Source of the DNA: Heterodontus francisci
Taxonomy: Eukaryota
NCBI RefSeq assembly: GCF_036365525.1
Contig: NC_090396.1
Location: 12,008,606 to 12,072,605, forward strand
Length of the DNA: 64,000 nt
Direction of reading: 5' to 3'
The notes beneath the pieces are model-generated. The model was not told the origin of the DNA, made no database searches, and saw nothing but the letters and a program-made list of their open reading frames with translations. Positions 62,147 to 64,000 of the stretch are shown one piece after another. A program made the translations under genes and the position numbers. Position 1 is the first letter of the stretch. Every line of letters begins with the position of its first letter.

Positions 62147-62161
62147 AAAAGAAAAGGGGGA
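62147..62161 (+). promoter_or_regulatory. Polypurine tract
   Basis: AAAAGAAAAGGGGGA just before the 3' LTR. Confidence 0.9.
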
Positions 62162-62163
62162 AT

Positions 62164-62831
62164 TGTGAGAATAAGAAATACTGTAATGTTGTTTCTACAG
62201 CTTGTGGAAAGTTACCAAGAAGTCATTTGTGCACAACATAATGAAATCACTGAAAAAGAGAACTAATAAGGGTATGTGGAGACTTTAAGACAGTACATCA
62301 CTGAAAAAGAGAATTGATAAGGGTCTGTAAGTGGAGACCTTAAGACAGTACATCACTGACAAAGAATTGATCAGGGTATGTAAGTGGAGACCTTGGGACA
62401 GTACATCACTTAAAAATTGTGCTTAGGCAGATAACAGAGAAACAGCAAGAGTTAGAACAAAGGATGTAGTGAATAAGAAACTGCCCCACTAAGATAAAGG
62501 CTGACAGCTGCAAGTTAAAACACATAATGGAGAGCCAAATAAGGTAAAACAAAAACAAGAGTTAGGGGCTAGAAAGTTAGAGTAGGGGGAGAAGTAAACA
62601 GAGGAGGAGACTGTAGCAACCATAGGATAGGTTAGTGTCATAATACGTTATAACCAATAATGTAAAATAAAGGCGTGGACAAATGGATTTGTATTGTATA
62701 AACATGAACTGAATATGTTGATCGGTGTGCCTGCTTGTAGGACACCCGATCTTGCAAGACCGTTAAATAAACTTACTTCTTCAGAGTTTGACTTGGTGTA
62801 AATTATTATCAAGTGGGCTACGTTTCCCACA
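62164..62831 (+). repeat. ERV 3' LTR (668 bp)
   Basis: Three U3 repeats; about 6 substitutions versus the 5' LTR outside the repeat block. Confidence 0.95.
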
Positions 62832-62869
62832 CTCCTGCTCATAATTCGTATGCTGGTAAGTTTTTTCAC

Positions 62870-63255
62870 TCGAGTGCCCATCAAATTTCCTTTTGAAAAC
62901 ATTCATCATTTCTGCTTCCACCATCCTTGTAGGCAGCGAGTTCCAGGTCATTTTCATTTGCTGTGGAAAATAACTATTCCTCACATCCCCCACTGCATCT
63001 CTTGCCTAAAACCTTAAATCCATGTCCCCTAGTTCTTGTACAGCTAATGGGAAGAGCTTTTCTTTGTCTACCCTATCTAAATCTGTCATAATCTTGTACA
63101 CCTCGATCAAATCACTCCTCAATCTCCTTTGCTCAAAGGAGAACAACCCCAGCTTCTCCAACCTAACCTTGTAGTTAAAATCCCTCATCCTTGGAACCAT
63201 TCTGGTAAATCTCCTCTGTACCCTCTCAAGGACCCTCACATCCTTCCTAAAGTGT
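62870..63255 (-). mobile_element. CR1 3' fragment
   Basis: [17 protein letters not shown] motif. Confidence 0.75.
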
Positions 63256-64000
63256 TTTTTTAATTCACTCCTGGGATGTGGGCAGCCCTGGCTAAGACAG
63301 CATTTATTGCCCATCTCTAATTGCCCTCGAGAAGGTGGTGGTGAGCTCCCTTCTTGAACCACTGCAGTCCATGTGGGGTAGATACACCCACAGTGCTGTT
63401 AGGAAGGGAGTTCCAGGATTTTGACCCAGTGACAGTGAAGGAACAGCAATATGGTTCCAGGTCAGGATGGTGTGTGGCTTGCAGGGGAACTTGCAGGTGG
63501 TGGTGTTCCCATACAACTGCTGCCCTTGTCTTTCTAGGTGATAGAGGTCGTGGGTTCAGAAGGTGCTGTCTAAGGAGCATTGGTGTATTGCTGCAGTGCA
63601 TCTTGTAGATGGTACACACTGCTGCCACTGTGTGTCTGTGGTGGAGGGAGTGAATGTTTGTAGATGGGGTGCCAATCAAGCGGGCTGCTTTGTCCTGGAT
63701 GGTGTCAAGCTTCTTGAGTGTTGTTGGAGCTGCACCCATCCAGGCAAATGGAAAGTATTCCATCAGACTCCTGATTTGTGCCTTGTAGATGGTGGACAGG
63801 CTTTGGGGAGTCAGGAGGTGAGTTACTCGCCACAGGATTCCTAGCCACGGTATTTATATGGCTACTCCAGTTCAGTTTCTGGTCAATGGTAACCCCTAGG
63901 ATGTTGATAGTGGGGGATTCAGCGATGGTAATGCCATTGAATGTCAAGGGGAGATGGTTAGATTCTCTCTTGTTGGAGATGGTCATTGCCTGGCACTTGT
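63256..64000 (-). mobile_element. 3' end of the second CR1/L2-clade LINE family
   Basis: Highly similar to 31072-31830. Confidence 0.85.

Larger units (their letters stand above)
57553..62831 (+). mobile_element. Defective class I endogenous retrovirus (HERV-I/IP/ADP-like)
   Basis: Paired TG...CA LTRs, TSD CTCC at 57549-57552 and 62832-62835 within a CR1 3' UTR (ggcctactcc|tgctc), PBS, PPT, and gag, integrase and env remnants. Confidence 0.95.

Overview
Vertebrate genomic DNA, most likely a shark or other elasmobranch (HE1-like V-SINEs, HER1-like CR1 LINEs), dominated by nested retroelements. Host genes were read by splicing by hand. (1) A complete 4-exon avidin-family gene on the minus strand (55672->36677, 152 aa); its ~16.6 kb intron 2 holds an 8.3 kb CpG-rich 34-bp satellite. 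(2) A head-to-head pair of finTRIM/TRIM16/TRIM25-like RING-Bbox-Bbox-coiled-coil genes: copy A (minus, from 15014) has open exons, while copy B (plus) is a mosaic pseudogene of an old paralog patched with near-identical copies of A and disrupted by a palindromic Penelope-derived insertion. A young 5.3 kb class I endogenous retrovirus (57553-62831; tRNA-Pro PBS, 4-bp TSD, gutted gag-pol, long env frame of the HERV-I/EnvP(b) type) lies 1.9 kb upstream of the avidin start. No CRISPR array, rRNA or true tRNA gene was found. Family names come from motif recognition only; no database search was possible.
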